Counted from the whole stretch's first letter, positions 50,258 to 60,802 are shown. The stretch is DNA of 62,606 nucleotides, filler included, from 9 parts of 9 records of this genome joined end to end with filler, not necessarily neighbours in it, one strand, 5' to 3'. The notes: a model not told the origin generated them from the letters alone. Translations and numbers: made by a program.

Positions 50258-52310
50258 ATGCCTTCCCTTTAAAAAAATTAAGACAGCCTTTAAAAAAATT
50301 TAAAAAGTCTTTAACCCTGAAATTATTGTTGATTCTGATTGTTGTGCTGGCACTATCCTTTGCCGGCCTTTCTTTTTTCATTCTGCAAAAACAGAACGCC
50401 TTGCTGACAGAGATGTGCAGCCATGTCGAACTTGCCCTCCAAGGCACGGCAGAAGAAACCCAGAGTTCTTTGGGCAGCTGGGATCTGATGTGGATAAATT
50501 GCTGGCTGATATGAAAACCGGTACCGGAGAGGATATTTCCCATGCCAGCCAGATGGCCCTTGACGGTGAGCAGGTGCAGATCCAATCCGCATTGGAATTT
50601 ATGCTGCTGAAAAATTCCGAAGGGGTCTCCACCCTGCTCAACAGCGTCATACCGACCACCATCATGCGCCAGGATTTCAGCGATCTGGTCCGATACAGTA
50701 AAGCCGCAGCCCAGACTTCGGAAATTGTCTATACGGTTTTTCTCGACCAGAACAGGGAGGCCTTGCCCTCTTTTATCAACAGGGAAGATCCCAAAATAAA
50801 AAAATATCTTAAGGCAGGAAAAACAGGGACCAGGATCGAAAAACTCCTTGCCCAGTCCAGGAAGGACCCCGGGGTCATGGTCTTTGAATACCCCATCCGG
50901 CATTTGGATACCCCCTTGGGCACCACCTATATCTGCATCAGCCGGGACACGGTCGAATATGAGATCGAATCTTTGGCCGGCCGTTTCCTGGACCTGAACC
51001 GGGACATTAAACAGCGGGTTGAGCAGGCCCTTGAATCAGGATCCGGCAAGGTAAGGGAGGAAATGAAAAAAGAACTTTCCCTGATGACCCGGAAAAATAC
51101 GGCATCCATCCAGAAGATCAATAGCCTTCTAAAGGCATCAGCCGAAACAGTGGACACCAGCATCAAAAAAATGATCGTCATTATCGGCCTGATCTGTTCG
51201 ATTGTTACCTTAGTCCTCATCGGACTTCTCTTTCAGATCATGGTGATCACCCCCATCAAAAATGTGGCCCAGGGGTTAAAAGATACCGCCCGGGGAGAAG
51301 GAGACCTGACCAGACGCCTCAAACTGACCCGCCAGGATGAAATCGGCGCCCTGGCCGATTGGTTTGACGCTTTTCTGGAGCGCTTGAACCAGATTATCAT
51401 AGATATCAATGACACGGCCGGAACTGTTGCCCTTGCCTCAAAAGAAGTCTATTCCAATGCCGACCGCATGAACCAGGGGGCGGGAGATCTGTCTGAACGG
51501 GCCAGCACCGTTGCCGCGGCAACCGAAGAAATGAGCGCCAATATGGACTCGGTGGCAGCGGCCAGCGAACAGGCCGCCACCAATGTAAACCAGGTCTCTT
51601 CTGCGGCCGAACTCATGAAAACGACCCTCACCCATGTGGCCGAAGATTGCGACCGTGCCAGGACCATTGCGGACCAGGCCAGTGCCGGGGCCCAGACAGC
51701 CACGGATAAAGTCACCCGTCTGGGAGGCGCCGCCAAGGAGATCAACCAGGTCACCCAGGTCATCACCGATATTGCGGAACAGACCAACCTTCTGGCATTG
51801 AACGCCACAATTGAAGCGGCCAGGGCCGGTGAAGCAGGTAAGGGATTTGCCGTTGTGGCTGCAGAGATCAAAGACCTGGCGGCCCAGACCGCTGCTGCCA
51901 CCCAGGACATCCGGGCCCAGATTCAGGGCATCCAGAACTCCACGGATGAAACCGTTGGAGAGGTGGACCGGATTTCCCATGTTATCACTGATGTAAACAC
52001 CATTGTGAGCAGCATTGCCAATGCCGTGAAAGAACAGTCTGCCTCGGCGGCAGGCGTAGCCGAAAACATCGGCCAGGCTTCTGCCGGGATCAATGAGGTT
52101 AATGTCAATGTCTCCCAGAGTTCCCACGTTTCAGGGGAAATCTCAGGGGACATCGCCCAGGTCAACACCGTTGCCGACGCCATGTCCGGCAGGACCGACA
52201 AAATGAAGGAACAGGCCAAAGAATTGTCTGACCTTTCTGAAACCCTCAAACAAATGATCAGCGTTTTTAAAGTGACCGGCAGCAAAGGGGAGGACACGCA
52301 CCCCAATTAA
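50258..52310 (+). CDS. Methyl-accepting chemotaxis protein (apparent indels near 50266 and 50470)
   Basis: RBS aggag; TM-periplasmic-TM-HAMP (GEGDLT..DEIG); IAEQTNLLALNATIEAARAGEAGKGFAVVA. Confidence 0.9.
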
Positions 52311-52320
52311 GACCGGTCAT

Positions 52321-52370
52321 CCGCGGAAAAACCCCGGGCGTTCAACATCTGCCGCCCGGGGGTTTCCACG
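52321..52370. terminator. Hairpin between convergent MCP and transglutaminase genes
   Basis: aaaccccgggcg...cgcccgggggttt. Confidence 0.55.
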
Positions 52371-52388
52371 GCATCCGCCGTTACCGGC

Positions 52389-53105
52389 TTACCTGGGCGT
52401 CCGGGCCCTGGAAAGGCGGTGTAAAATCCTGTCAGCCAAATTTTCACAGGCCCTGCCCTCCTCTTTTGTCAATCCGTTTCTACTGAACCTGCGCTGGTTT
52501 TCCAGGAATATGAGATCCTTTATGGGACCCTCGATCCCAAATGGGGCGATCCCCTCACGGATCCTCCGGAACCAGGCCTGCCAGGTCTCATGGTCGAACC
52601 GGCCGTATCCCAGGGTCTCCAACCCCGCCTCCACCCTTTCCACCCCCTGGGTTTTCAATTCATCCCGTCCCTTTTTGGCTCCCTTTCCCCGGATTCCGGC
52701 CCGTCCGGTCTTGACAGGCAACCCGATCCGCCGGGCCCGGATCCATATCAGGACCGCCACCAGGGAAAAAAGAAGCCCCAGGCTGTATCGGTCTAAAATC
52801 AGAGGGACTGCCTGGTAACGGAACCTGGACAGGCAAAAGCCCAGGGAGGACAAAAGGTCCCGGACCAGGGTATGGCCTAATGCCTTGCGGTCCGCCTGGA
52901 TAAACCCCGGCGGCGTGGTGTCCACCCGGATCCATCTGCCGTCGATCCAGGCCTTGACCCAGGCATGGGCGTCCTGCTGCCGAACCAGGGTCATGCCCCA
53001 TAAGGGGGAAACCTCATGGGCCACAAAGCCCGTGGCATACCGGGCCGGTATCCCGGCCGCCCTCAGGATCAGGGCCGTGGCCGTAGCAAATAGTTCGCAA
53101 TGCCC
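52389..53105 (-). CDS. Transglutaminase-like (TgpA-type) membrane protein, C-terminal part
   Basis: GHCELFATA..LRAAGIPARYATGF, DAHAWV, WIRVDTTP. Confidence 0.85.
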   Translation of the reverse strand, partial: GHCELFATATALILRAAGIPARYATGFVAHEVSPLWGMTLVRQQDAHAWVKAWIDGRWIRVDTTPPGFIQADRKALGHTLVRDLLSSLGFCLSRFRYQAVPLILDRYSLGLLFSLVAVLIWIRARRIGLPVKTGRAGIRGKGAKKGRDELKTQGVERVEAGLETLGYGRFDHETWQAWFRRIREGIAPFGIEGPIKDLIFLENQRRFSRNGLTKEEGRACENLADRILHRLSRARTPR

Positions 53106-53205
53106 NNNNNNNNNNNNNNNNNNNNNNNNNNNNNNNNNNNNNNNNNNNNTTAATTAATTAANNNNNNNNNNNNNNNNNNNNNNNNNNNNNNNNNNNNNNN
53201 NNNNN
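53106..53205. other. Artificial contig spacer
   Basis: N run plus TTAATTAATTAA. Confidence 0.99.
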
Positions 53206-53852
53206 GCCTCGCCGAGCGTCCCAAGCGGGATTTCCCCGAGCATCTTTTCCTTTACCGACTCATCGAGCTGGTCGGTCATTTCCGTCATGATATAACCCGG
53301 GGCGACACAGTTCACGGTGATGGAGCGTGACGCGAATTCCCTGGCCAGAGATTTGGTGAGTCCAACCATGCCGGCCTTGGCCGCACTGTAGTTGACCTGA
53401 CCGCCATTTCCAGAGAACCCGACAATGGAGCTGATGTTGACGATACGTCCCCAGCGCTTTTTCATCATCGGTTTGATTGCTGCCTTTGCACACGCAAACG
53501 CGCCCTTCAGGTTGGTATCGAGCACGCTGTCCCAGTCACTCTCCTTCATTCGGGCAACCAGGCCGTCGCGGGTGATCCCGGCGTTGTTGACCAGGATATC
53601 GATCGATCCGGCCTCGGCAATGATTGACTTGAACGCACCCTGGGTCTGCTCGAAATCGGCAACATCGAACTGGACGACGCCCGCCTTCCCGCCGTTGTCC
53701 CTGATCGCCGCAGCGGTCTCCTCTGCAGCATCGGCCCGGTTGACGTAATTTACGTATACCATACAGCCCATCTCGGCCAGCCGCAGGCTGACCGTTCTTC
53801 CGATCCCCCTGCTCCCGCCGGTGACAACCGCGATCTTTCCTTCCAGTGTCAT
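53206..53852 (-). CDS. fabG: 3-oxoacyl-ACP reductase (3' truncated)
   Basis: TGGSRGIG, NNAGITRD, GQVNYSAAKAG; start overlaps the etfA stop (ATGA). Confidence 0.95.
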
Positions 53853-55045
53853 AGCCCTCGTTTCTCCTCGATTTTGTCGATCAGTTTGGGAAGGACCTCG
53901 TAGAGATCACCCACCACACCGAAATCGGCGATAGTGAAGATCGGCGCATCCGGGTCGCGATTAATCGCCACAATGGTTTCAGACGACTGCATGCCGGCCA
54001 CGTGCTGAATCGCCCCGGATATCCCGCACGCGACATAGAGTTTCGGCGCGACGGTCTTGCCGGTCTGGCCGACCTGGTGTGGATACGGAATCCAGCCTGC
54101 ATCCACGACGGCCCGCGACGCGGAAACCTTGGCGCCAAGCGTCTCGGCAAGTTGTACGATCAGCTCGAATCCCTTTTCATTCTCGAGCCCCCGGCCACCG
54201 GAAACGAGAATATCTGACTCCTGGATGTTGACCTTCGCCTGCTGCTCGCTTACCGATTCGAGTACCTGGATCCTGCTTGTCAGCTGACGGGGAGTCGGAG
54301 TGACATCGATAATTTCGCCCGTCCGTTTCTCGTCGTACGGCAGCTCTTTCATCACCTTCGGGCGGACCGTGGCCATCTGCGGCCGGGTGTCCGGACAGAT
54401 GATGGTGGCCATGATATTGCCGCCGAATGCCGGCCTGGTCTGCAGCAGGATGCCGTCCTCGGCGCGAATCTCGAGCCTCGTGCAGTCGGCCGTCAATCCG
54501 GCATCGACCGTGGTTGCAACCCCTGGGATAAACGAACGGCCGATTGCCGTTGCACCGGCGAGCACGACCTCGGGCTTGTGCATCGTCACCAGATCTGACA
54601 CAATTTTTTCGTAGATTTCATCGGAGAAGAGCTCCAGCCCCGGATTGTCCACCCGGTACACCGTATCCGCACCATGTCCGATCAACGTCTCTGCACTGGT
54701 GCCGGTCATGTGTCCCAGCAGAAGTGCGGTGAGCGATACGTTTCTGTCGTCGGCGAGTTTTCTGCCGATGCCGAGCAACTCCGTGGCCACCGGTGCCAGT
54801 TCCCCGCCGGTAAATTCACAGAACACCCAGATACCTGACCAATCGTCGATATCCTGCTGGATCCGGCGGGCGTCGCCGTCGTCGATACGCAGCGCCTCCA
54901 CCTCACACACCTCGACACAGGCACCGCACAAGGTACACGTATCGCCGACTACTGCCAGGCCGTCAACAACCTCTATCGCACCGAACGGGCACGAATCTTC
55001 ACAGATTCCGCACCCGATGCAGAGTTTTTCATCTATCTGCAGCAT
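53849..55045 (-). CDS. etfA: Electron transfer flavoprotein alpha subunit with N-terminal 2x[4Fe-4S] ferredoxin domain
   Basis: CIGCGICEDSCP, CTLCGACVEVC; GLTADCT, TRPAFGG, QVGQTGKTV, GISGAIQH. Confidence 0.93.
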   Translation of the reverse strand: MLQIDEKLCIGCGICEDSCPFGAIEVVDGLAVVGDTCTLCGACVEVCEVEALRIDDGDARRIQQDIDDWSGIWVFCEFTGGELAPVATELLGIGRKLADDRNVSLTALLLGHMTGTSAETLIGHGADTVYRVDNPGLELFSDEIYEKIVSDLVTMHKPEVVLAGATAIGRSFIPGVATTVDAGLTADCTRLEIRAEDGILLQTRPAFGGNIMATIICPDTRPQMATVRPKVMKELPYDEKRTGEIIDVTPTPRQLTSRIQVLESVSEQQAKVNIQESDILVSGGRGLENEKGFELIVQLAETLGAKVSASRAVVDAGWIPYPHQVGQTGKTVAPKLYVACGISGAIQHVAGMQSSETIVAINRDPDAPIFTIADFGVVGDLYEVLPKLIDKIEEKRGL

Positions 55046-55072
55046 ACTATCTCCACCACGCAGCCCGGCCGG

Positions 55073-55855
55073 TTACACCAGGTACGGTTTGAGTTTATCA
55101 ACCAGTTGCTCAACCTGCTCGTCCACCGTTCCGGAGAGCATCGCCCGTTCGCCGCGCGGTTCAGGCGGAAAAACCTTGACCACCTGAGTCGGAGAGCCGG
55201 GAAGACCGATGCACGAGGGATCTGCGCCGATATCCTCTGCGGAGAGCATCCGAATCTCAGCCTTCTTGGCTTTCATCTTTCCTTTCAGCGACGGAACCCG
55301 CGGCTGATTGATATCTTTCACCACGCTGAAGAGCAGCGGATACCCGGACTGCAGCACGTCGAAACCGTCGTCCATCATGCGCTCGAGCACGATCGTCGAT
55401 TCATCGCTGGAGCGAATTTTCTGGATACAGGTCGCATACGGAATGTCGAGTCGCATCGCCAGTCCCGGTCCGACCTGCGCGGTATCACCGTCGATTGCCT
55501 GCTTTCCGCAGACGATCATATCCGCGCCACCCAATGTCTCAACGGCTTTTGCCAGCGTGTAGGACGTTGCCCAGGTGTCGGCTCCGGCAAAACTGCGGTC
55601 GGAAATCAAGACCCCGTGGTCGGCACCGCAGCTGATCGCCTGACGCAGCACCTCCTCGGCCTGGGGCGGTCCCATGGAAATCGCCGTCACTTCACCTCCA
55701 ACCGACTCCTTGATCGACACCGCCGCCTCGAGGGCGTGCTGGTCATACGGGTTCATGATCGATTCAACGCCTTCACGAGCGAGCGTGTTGGTCTCGGGGT
55801 CGAGTTTCACGTCGCTGGCGTCAGGCACCTGCTTTATGCATACGACTATCTTCAT
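55073..55855 (-). CDS. etfB: Electron transfer flavoprotein beta subunit
   Basis: CIKQVPD, NPYD, DRSFAGADTWATS, GKQAIDGDTAQVGP. Confidence 0.95.
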   Translation of the reverse strand: MKIVVCIKQVPDASDVKLDPETNTLAREGVESIMNPYDQHALEAAVSIKESVGGEVTAISMGPPQAEEVLRQAISCGADHGVLISDRSFAGADTWATSYTLAKAVETLGGADMIVCGKQAIDGDTAQVGPGLAMRLDIPYATCIQKIRSSDESTIVLERMMDDGFDVLQSGYPLLFSVVKDINQPRVPSLKGKMKAKKAEIRMLSAEDIGADPSCIGLPGSPTQVVKVFPPEPRGERAMLSGTVDEQVEQLVDKLKPYLV

Positions 55856-55941
55856 ATCTCAGCTCTCGGGGAATCTTGGCACCACGCGACAAACGCAGCA
55901 GTGCGGTGGGAGGTCGGCCTGAACGCGGAGTTCCTGGTAAA

Positions 55942-57093
55942 CTACCGGTTGTATTCCTTGTTGAGCTCCTGGCCGATGACGTTGCGCTGGACCTGGTTGG
56001 TCCCCTCGTAGATCTGGAGGATCTTCGCATCGCGCATCATCTTCTCTGCCGGATACTCACACATGTATCCGTACCCGCCCATTACCTGAACCGCATCGGT
56101 CGTGACCTTCATGGCCACATCCGTGGCGAACACTTTGCACATCGAGGATGCTTTCGACATGTCCCTGGGATTGGCGTCAATATGTTTTGCGGCAGTGTAG
56201 GTCAGTGCACGAGCGGCCTCGGTCTGGGTCGCCATGTCGGCGAGCATATGCTGGACCGCCTGGAAGCCGATGATCGGCTTACCGAACTGCTCACGCTGTT
56301 TCGCATACGTTACCGCCATGTCGAGCGCGCCCTGGGCAAGACCGACGGCAAGCGCGGCGATCCCCGGACGGCTCGAGTCGAGCGTTTTCATCACGTGGAT
56401 AAATCCGGTTCCCTGGCGGCCCATGAGACGATCCTTCGGGATTCGACAGTCTTTGAAGATGAGTTCGGTCGTCGATGACGCACAGATGCCCATTTTCTTC
56501 TCTTTCGGTCCGCACGAAAAACCCGCATCGCCCTCTTCGACGATAAAGATGGAGGCGCCTCGCGCTCCCCTGCTTTTGTCGGTCATCGCAACCACAAGAT
56601 ATATCTGCGCCTCGCCGCCGTTGGTAATCCACTGCTTGGTACCATTCAATACCCACTCGTCGCCGTCGAGTACCGCGGTGGTCTGGATCCCGGACGCATC
56701 GGAGCCGGCGTTGGCCTCGGTCAGCCCGAAGGCCGCAAATTTCTCACCACTGGCAACCGCCGGCAGGTATTTCTGCTTCTGATCATCAGAGCCGCCGACA
56801 ATGAGTGGCAAGACCCCGAGACCGCTGGCGGCAAAAGCCGTACCAACGGCAATACAGCCCCGGCCGAATTCCTCCAATGCGAGAATCGAATCGAAACAGC
56901 TGCCGCCGAACCCGCCGTACTCCTCGGGAATAGTCAGCCCCATCAGGTCGGCCTGGGCAATCGCATTGAGAATTTCACGCGGGAACCGGTGGTTTTCATC
57001 GAGTTCAGCGCGGCTGGGAATTATCAGTTCGTCAGTGATCTGCCGTGCTATATCGACGATCATCTGTTGTTCTTCAGTCAGGAAACGTTCCAT
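55942..57093 (-). CDS. Acyl-CoA dehydrogenase (butyryl-CoA dehydrogenase-like)
   Basis: RBS gaggag; FGLTEANAGSDA, GTKQWITNG, GGYGY, RDAKILQIYEGTNQ. Confidence 0.93.
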   Translation of the reverse strand: MERFLTEEQQMIVDIARQITDELIIPSRAELDENHRFPREILNAIAQADLMGLTIPEEYGGFGGSCFDSILALEEFGRGCIAVGTAFAASGLGVLPLIVGGSDDQKQKYLPAVASGEKFAAFGLTEANAGSDASGIQTTAVLDGDEWVLNGTKQWITNGGEAQIYLVVAMTDKSRGARGASIFIVEEGDAGFSCGPKEKKMGICASSTTELIFKDCRIPKDRLMGRQGTGFIHVMKTLDSSRPGIAALAVGLAQGALDMAVTYAKQREQFGKPIIGFQAVQHMLADMATQTEAARALTYTAAKHIDANPRDMSKASSMCKVFATDVAMKVTTDAVQVMGGYGYMCEYPAEKMMRDAKILQIYEGTNQVQRNVIGQELNKEYNR

Positions 57094-57108
57094 CTCAGTT
57101 CTCCTCAT

Positions 57109-58083
57109 CTACCACGTAAGCAGGGTCGCACCCCAGGTTAATCCTCCGCCGAACGAGCAGAATAACACCGTATCGCCGGCCTTGAGTCTCCCCGATCGAT
57201 TGGTCTCGTCGAGTGCTATCGGGATGGAGGCGGCAGACGTATTGCCGTAATTCATCACGTTGAGCACCACTTTTTCCCTGTCAACACCGATCCTCTCGAC
57301 CAATTTATTCAGGATTCTGATATTTGCCTGATGCGGGATCATCACATCCACATCGTCAATTGTCTTGCCGGTCCGGCTGAACAGACGATCGATGGCATCC
57401 TCCATGGCCTTCACGGCATGCTTGAACACCTCCCGCCCCTCCATCACAATATGAACGCCGGGATTGTCCGCAACCTGCAGATCGGGATTGAGGCTGGGGG
57501 ATTGATGCATATAGAGCAGATCCCACAGTCCGCCGTCCGAGCGATGATTGGTACCAATGATGCCCCTCTGCTCATCTTCACTGTGCGTGAGAACCGCGGC
57601 CCCTGCCCCGTCTCCGAACAGGATGCAGGTGTTGCGGTCCTGCCAGTTGACTCTGGATGAGAGCGTCTCGGCACCGATGGCCAGCACCTTCGCGTCGCGG
57701 TCGGTGCGGATATGTCTGTCACCGATATCGAGCCCGTAGAGGAAGCCGCAGCAGGCGGCGTTGATATCGTATGCGAACGCGTTGGTTGCTCCGATTTCGT
57801 TCTGCACGTAGCAGGCGGTCGACGGCATCAGCATGTGGGAACTGATCGTTCCGACCACCAGCAGGTCAATTTCCAGAGGGTCGACCTCAGCCATTTCCAG
57901 CGCCCTTCGTGCAGCAGTCGCGGACAGCTGGTAGGTTTTTTCCTCCCCGCCGATGCGGCGGTTCTCTATACCGGTTCGAGAGCGGATCCATTCGTCGTTG
58001 GTGTCGACGATGGACTCAATCTCGACATTTGACATGGTCCTGGCAGGAAGCGCTGAACCGGTTCCACGGACAATTGTTCCCAT
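57109..58083 (-). CDS. fabH: Beta-ketoacyl-ACP synthase III
   Basis: DINAACCGF, LFGDGAGA, PHQAN, YGNTSAASIP, GGGLTWG. Confidence 0.95.
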   Translation of the reverse strand: MGTIVRGTGSALPARTMSNVEIESIVDTNDEWIRSRTGIENRRIGGEEKTYQLSATAARRALEMAEVDPLEIDLLVVGTISSHMLMPSTACYVQNEIGATNAFAYDINAACCGFLYGLDIGDRHIRTDRDAKVLAIGAETLSSRVNWQDRNTCILFGDGAGAAVLTHSEDEQRGIIGTNHRSDGGLWDLLYMHQSPSLNPDLQVADNPGVHIVMEGREVFKHAVKAMEDAIDRLFSRTGKTIDDVDVMIPHQANIRILNKLVERIGVDREKVVLNVMNYGNTSAASIPIALDETNRSGRLKAGDTVLFCSFGGGLTWGATLLTW

Positions 58084-59105
58084 TAGAACCCTTTTTCGCG
58101 GTCCGCAAGACCCGCAGCGAGGTCCTGTACGATCACATCGTTGAGTTTCAGGCGCTCCATCTCGAGTGCTCCGACAATCGCGTTCTTGATCGCGAATGAG
58201 CTCGATTTCCCGTGACAGACGATACCGATTCCGTCAATGCCGAGCAGCGGTGCACCACCGTATTCGGCGTAGTCGACTTTTTGGGCGAATTTCTTGAAGG
58301 CGGGACGTGCAAGCAGATAGCCGATCTTGGCAAGCGTCGATTTGAGGATTTCCTCGCGCAGCATCTTCATTGCTGCCTCAACGAGTCCCTCACTGATCTT
58401 CAGACAGATGTTGCCGACAAACCCGTCACAGACGACCACGTCGACATCGCCCTTGAAGACATCCCTGCCCTCGACATTGCCGATAAAATTAAGACGGCTC
58501 CGTTCGAGCAGGTTGTATGCCTCCTTGATCAGGCTGTTCCCCTTCCCGGTCTCTTCCCCTATCGTGAGCAGTCCCACGCGGGGGTTCTTGACGTTATAGA
58601 GACCGGATACGCCCGAAGCCATAACCGCGAACTGGTACAGGTGGACCGGGCGGCATTCGACATTAGCACCGATATCCATCATAACCACGGGGCCCTTGAG
58701 GGTGGGAAAAACGGTGGCGAGACCGGGCCTGGCAACATTCTTCAGGCGGCCCAGTTTGCGTACCCCCGCAGCAAGGGTCGCACCCGAGTTGCCGGCACTG
58801 ACCGCGCCGGCCACCTCTCCGTGCTTCACCAGGTCAAAGGCGACCATGATCGACGAGTCCCGTTTCTTACGGATCGCGTTCACCGGGTTCTCATCCATCC
58901 CGACGACGGTGGGCGCGTGCTTTACCTCCAGTCTGTCGAGCAGCGGCTTCTGCTTCGCTGAAATACCGTCAAGATGTTCGCGCAACACCGCTTCGTCACC
59001 GACCAGTGTGATACTCACATCCTCCTGCTCAACAGCAAGCAGAGCACCATCGATCAGCACCTGTGGGCCAAGGTCTCCGCCCATGGCATCCAAGGCTATT
59101 TTCAC
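58083..59105 (-). CDS. plsX: Phosphate acyltransferase PlsX
   Basis: IALDAMGGD, SAGNSGA, DIGAN, GNVEG, DGFVGN, HGKSS. Confidence 0.96.
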   Translation of the reverse strand: MKIALDAMGGDLGPQVLIDGALLAVEQEDVSITLVGDEAVLREHLDGISAKQKPLLDRLEVKHAPTVVGMDENPVNAIRKKRDSSIMVAFDLVKHGEVAGAVSAGNSGATLAAGVRKLGRLKNVARPGLATVFPTLKGPVVMMDIGANVECRPVHLYQFAVMASGVSGLYNVKNPRVGLLTIGEETGKGNSLIKEAYNLLERSRLNFIGNVEGRDVFKGDVDVVVCDGFVGNICLKISEGLVEAAMKMLREEILKSTLAKIGYLLARPAFKKFAQKVDYAEYGGAPLLGIDGIGIVCHGKSSSFAIKNAIVGALEMERLKLNDVIVQDLAAGLADREKGF

Positions 59106-59114
59106 GATGTACCT

Positions 59115-59300
59115 CTAAACTTCAGAGTCGAGAACGTATACGGTGGCCTTCTTGTATTTTCCGCAGTTGCCGCATAGTTTATGCGGTTCTTTCGGTTCGC
59201 CGCAATCCTGGCAGACGGAAAGGGCAGGAGCGCTCAATGCGTCATGGGAACGTCTCTTGCGTGTACGGGAACGTGAATGTCTTCTTTTAGGTAATGCCAT
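59115..59300 (-). CDS. rpmF: 50S ribosomal protein L32
   Basis: MALPKRRHSRSRTRKRR, CxxC...CxxCG. Confidence 0.96.
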   Translation of the reverse strand: MALPKRRHSRSRTRKRRSHDALSAPALSVCQDCGEPKEPHKLCGNCGKYKKATVYVLDSEV

Positions 59301-59325
59301 GGTTTCCTCCGTTATAAAAAACCGG

Positions 59326-59853
59326 TCAGCGATCGGACAGGGTGCTCAATATCGAAAACGGCGATGCGCTGCTCTCTTGTTCACAGTCGCACTGCTTGTC
59401 ATTGAGATCGGCACCACAGACCGGACACAGTCCCCTGCACGCGTCGTCACATAACATCCGTGACGGCAACGCCAGGTATACCTGCTCGCGGCACAACGAT
59501 CCGAGATCTATAACCGGTTCCTCCAGATACATTCGATTTATCTCTTCTTCACGGCACTCCGTTTCGTGCCGCACTTCATCAATATCCTCGCTGCCGAGGA
59601 TGCATTCATAATCCAACTCTGCACGCAACTCCAGCCTTACCGGCCTGCAGCATCGGTCACAGGGAAGGCTGACCGTGCATGTCATCACGCCGGTCACCCG
59701 GGCTGCTTCACTGCTCCCGGAATGTTTGGCGCGCACATTGAGCGTCCCTGCCGGATCTTCCAAAAGATCTATCTCCCCGACGGGGAACCAACCGTCATCA
59801 AGGATGCGGACGGAACAATCAGACTGATTCAACTCACTCAACAATAGTTTCAT
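59326..59853 (-). CDS. yceD: DUF177/YceD family protein
   Basis: CDRC, LCDDACRGLCPVCGADLN; canonical position upstream of rpmF. Confidence 0.9.
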   Translation of the reverse strand: MKLLLSELNQSDCSVRILDDGWFPVGEIDLLEDPAGTLNVRAKHSGSSEAARVTGVMTCTVSLPCDRCCRPVRLELRAELDYECILGSEDIDEVRHETECREEEINRMYLEEPVIDLGSLCREQVYLALPSRMLCDDACRGLCPVCGADLNDKQCDCEQESSASPFSILSTLSDR

Positions 59854-59989
59854 GACCTTACCGTGTCGTGGCGACCAGACCCCAAATAACAAGCAGCTAA
59901 ACAAGCAATAATAATAAATTGAACAAAAAAGTGCTAGAAAAAATTCTTGCGGAGACGGGGCGCAGCCGAGAATACAGGTGTGGGGGGCC

Positions 59990-60610
59990 TCAGCCGGTCG
60001 AGCCGGCAGCGGCAAATTCCTTGTTTTTATCTTCAATAATCTTGATCAGCCCCTCGTATTCCTGCTGTCGAAGAATGGTGCGGAACTGTTCCATATAGTT
60101 TCGGACGAGGCTGACACCCTCGATATTGATATCGTACACCATCCACTCCGTATGTTCCCGCTGCATGATGTAGTGGATTGGTATCTTCGACCCCTCGTAC
60201 GGCACCAGAGTCGTGACTTGGGCGCGCTTGCCCTTGATGCGCTCGGCAACGAATTCGACATCACGGCCCCCGTAAGTTTCAAGCTTGCCGATGTAAACAT
60301 TCTCGAGCAACTTGGTGACCTGTGCCACAAAATAATCCTTCTCGTCCGCGGACAAACCGTTCCAGGCCTTCCCGAGTACCCGCCTCGACATCTCCCTGAA
60401 ATCGAAACGACCGGATATCGCGTCCATGATCCGGCTCCGGCGCTCATCCGTTTTCCCGGCCCCCTGGAGCGACTCATCATCGAGAATCGAAAAAAGTGTA
60501 TTAATAGTCGGCTGAAGCTGCGTGGTCGGCCCTTCTTCCTGCCCGTAGAGCGGAGACACCGCCGGAAAAACCAGCAGCGCCGCGATCATAACCGTTCTCA
60601 AAATTTTCAT
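59990..60610 (-). CDS. mlaC: MlaC/Ttg2D phospholipid-binding periplasmic protein
   Basis: FDFREMSRRVLG, WMVYDINIEGVSLVRNY. Confidence 0.88.
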   Translation of the reverse strand: MKILRTVMIAALLVFPAVSPLYGQEEGPTTQLQPTINTLFSILDDESLQGAGKTDERRSRIMDAISGRFDFREMSRRVLGKAWNGLSADEKDYFVAQVTKLLENVYIGKLETYGGRDVEFVAERIKGKRAQVTTLVPYEGSKIPIHYIMQREHTEWMVYDINIEGVSLVRNYMEQFRTILRQQEYEGLIKIIEDKNKEFAAAGSTG

Positions 60611-60802
60611 GATATCGTAGTACCCGTCATTCATGGTTAACGCGGTCAGCGCCTACGGTGAATCTATCCCCGGTTTTGGATAAACCAGCAGGCTACCTAG
60701 AGTTTATGATAAGTTTATGGATAAGCATTCCTGCAGATATGTCCGCACGAAATTTCATCGCCGGTACGCCCCGGTCGCTGGCGCATCCGGCACGATTGCT
60801 TC

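Noticed and set aside
732-52310. Frameshifts in hdrB, the AAA ATPase, ypeB, AIM24, AGCS, rocB, GGDEF-EAL, PEP-CTERM and MCP as programmed frameshifting or pseudogenes
   Set aside because: They occur across unrelated contigs, are mostly single-base losses in short homopolymers, and restoring one base gives intact conserved motifs. This pattern is typical of sequencing or assembly error.
6311-53205. Repeated TTAATTAATTAA motif in N runs, and apparent gene neighbourhoods or GC shifts across them
   Set aside because: These are artificial concatenation linkers. Adjacency across them has no biological meaning, so no HGT or island is claimed.
60660-60725. DnaA-box-like TTATCCA(A/T)A motifs between mlaC and mlaA as a replication origin
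   Set aside because: Only two or three mismatched boxes, no AT-rich unwinding element and no dnaA context.
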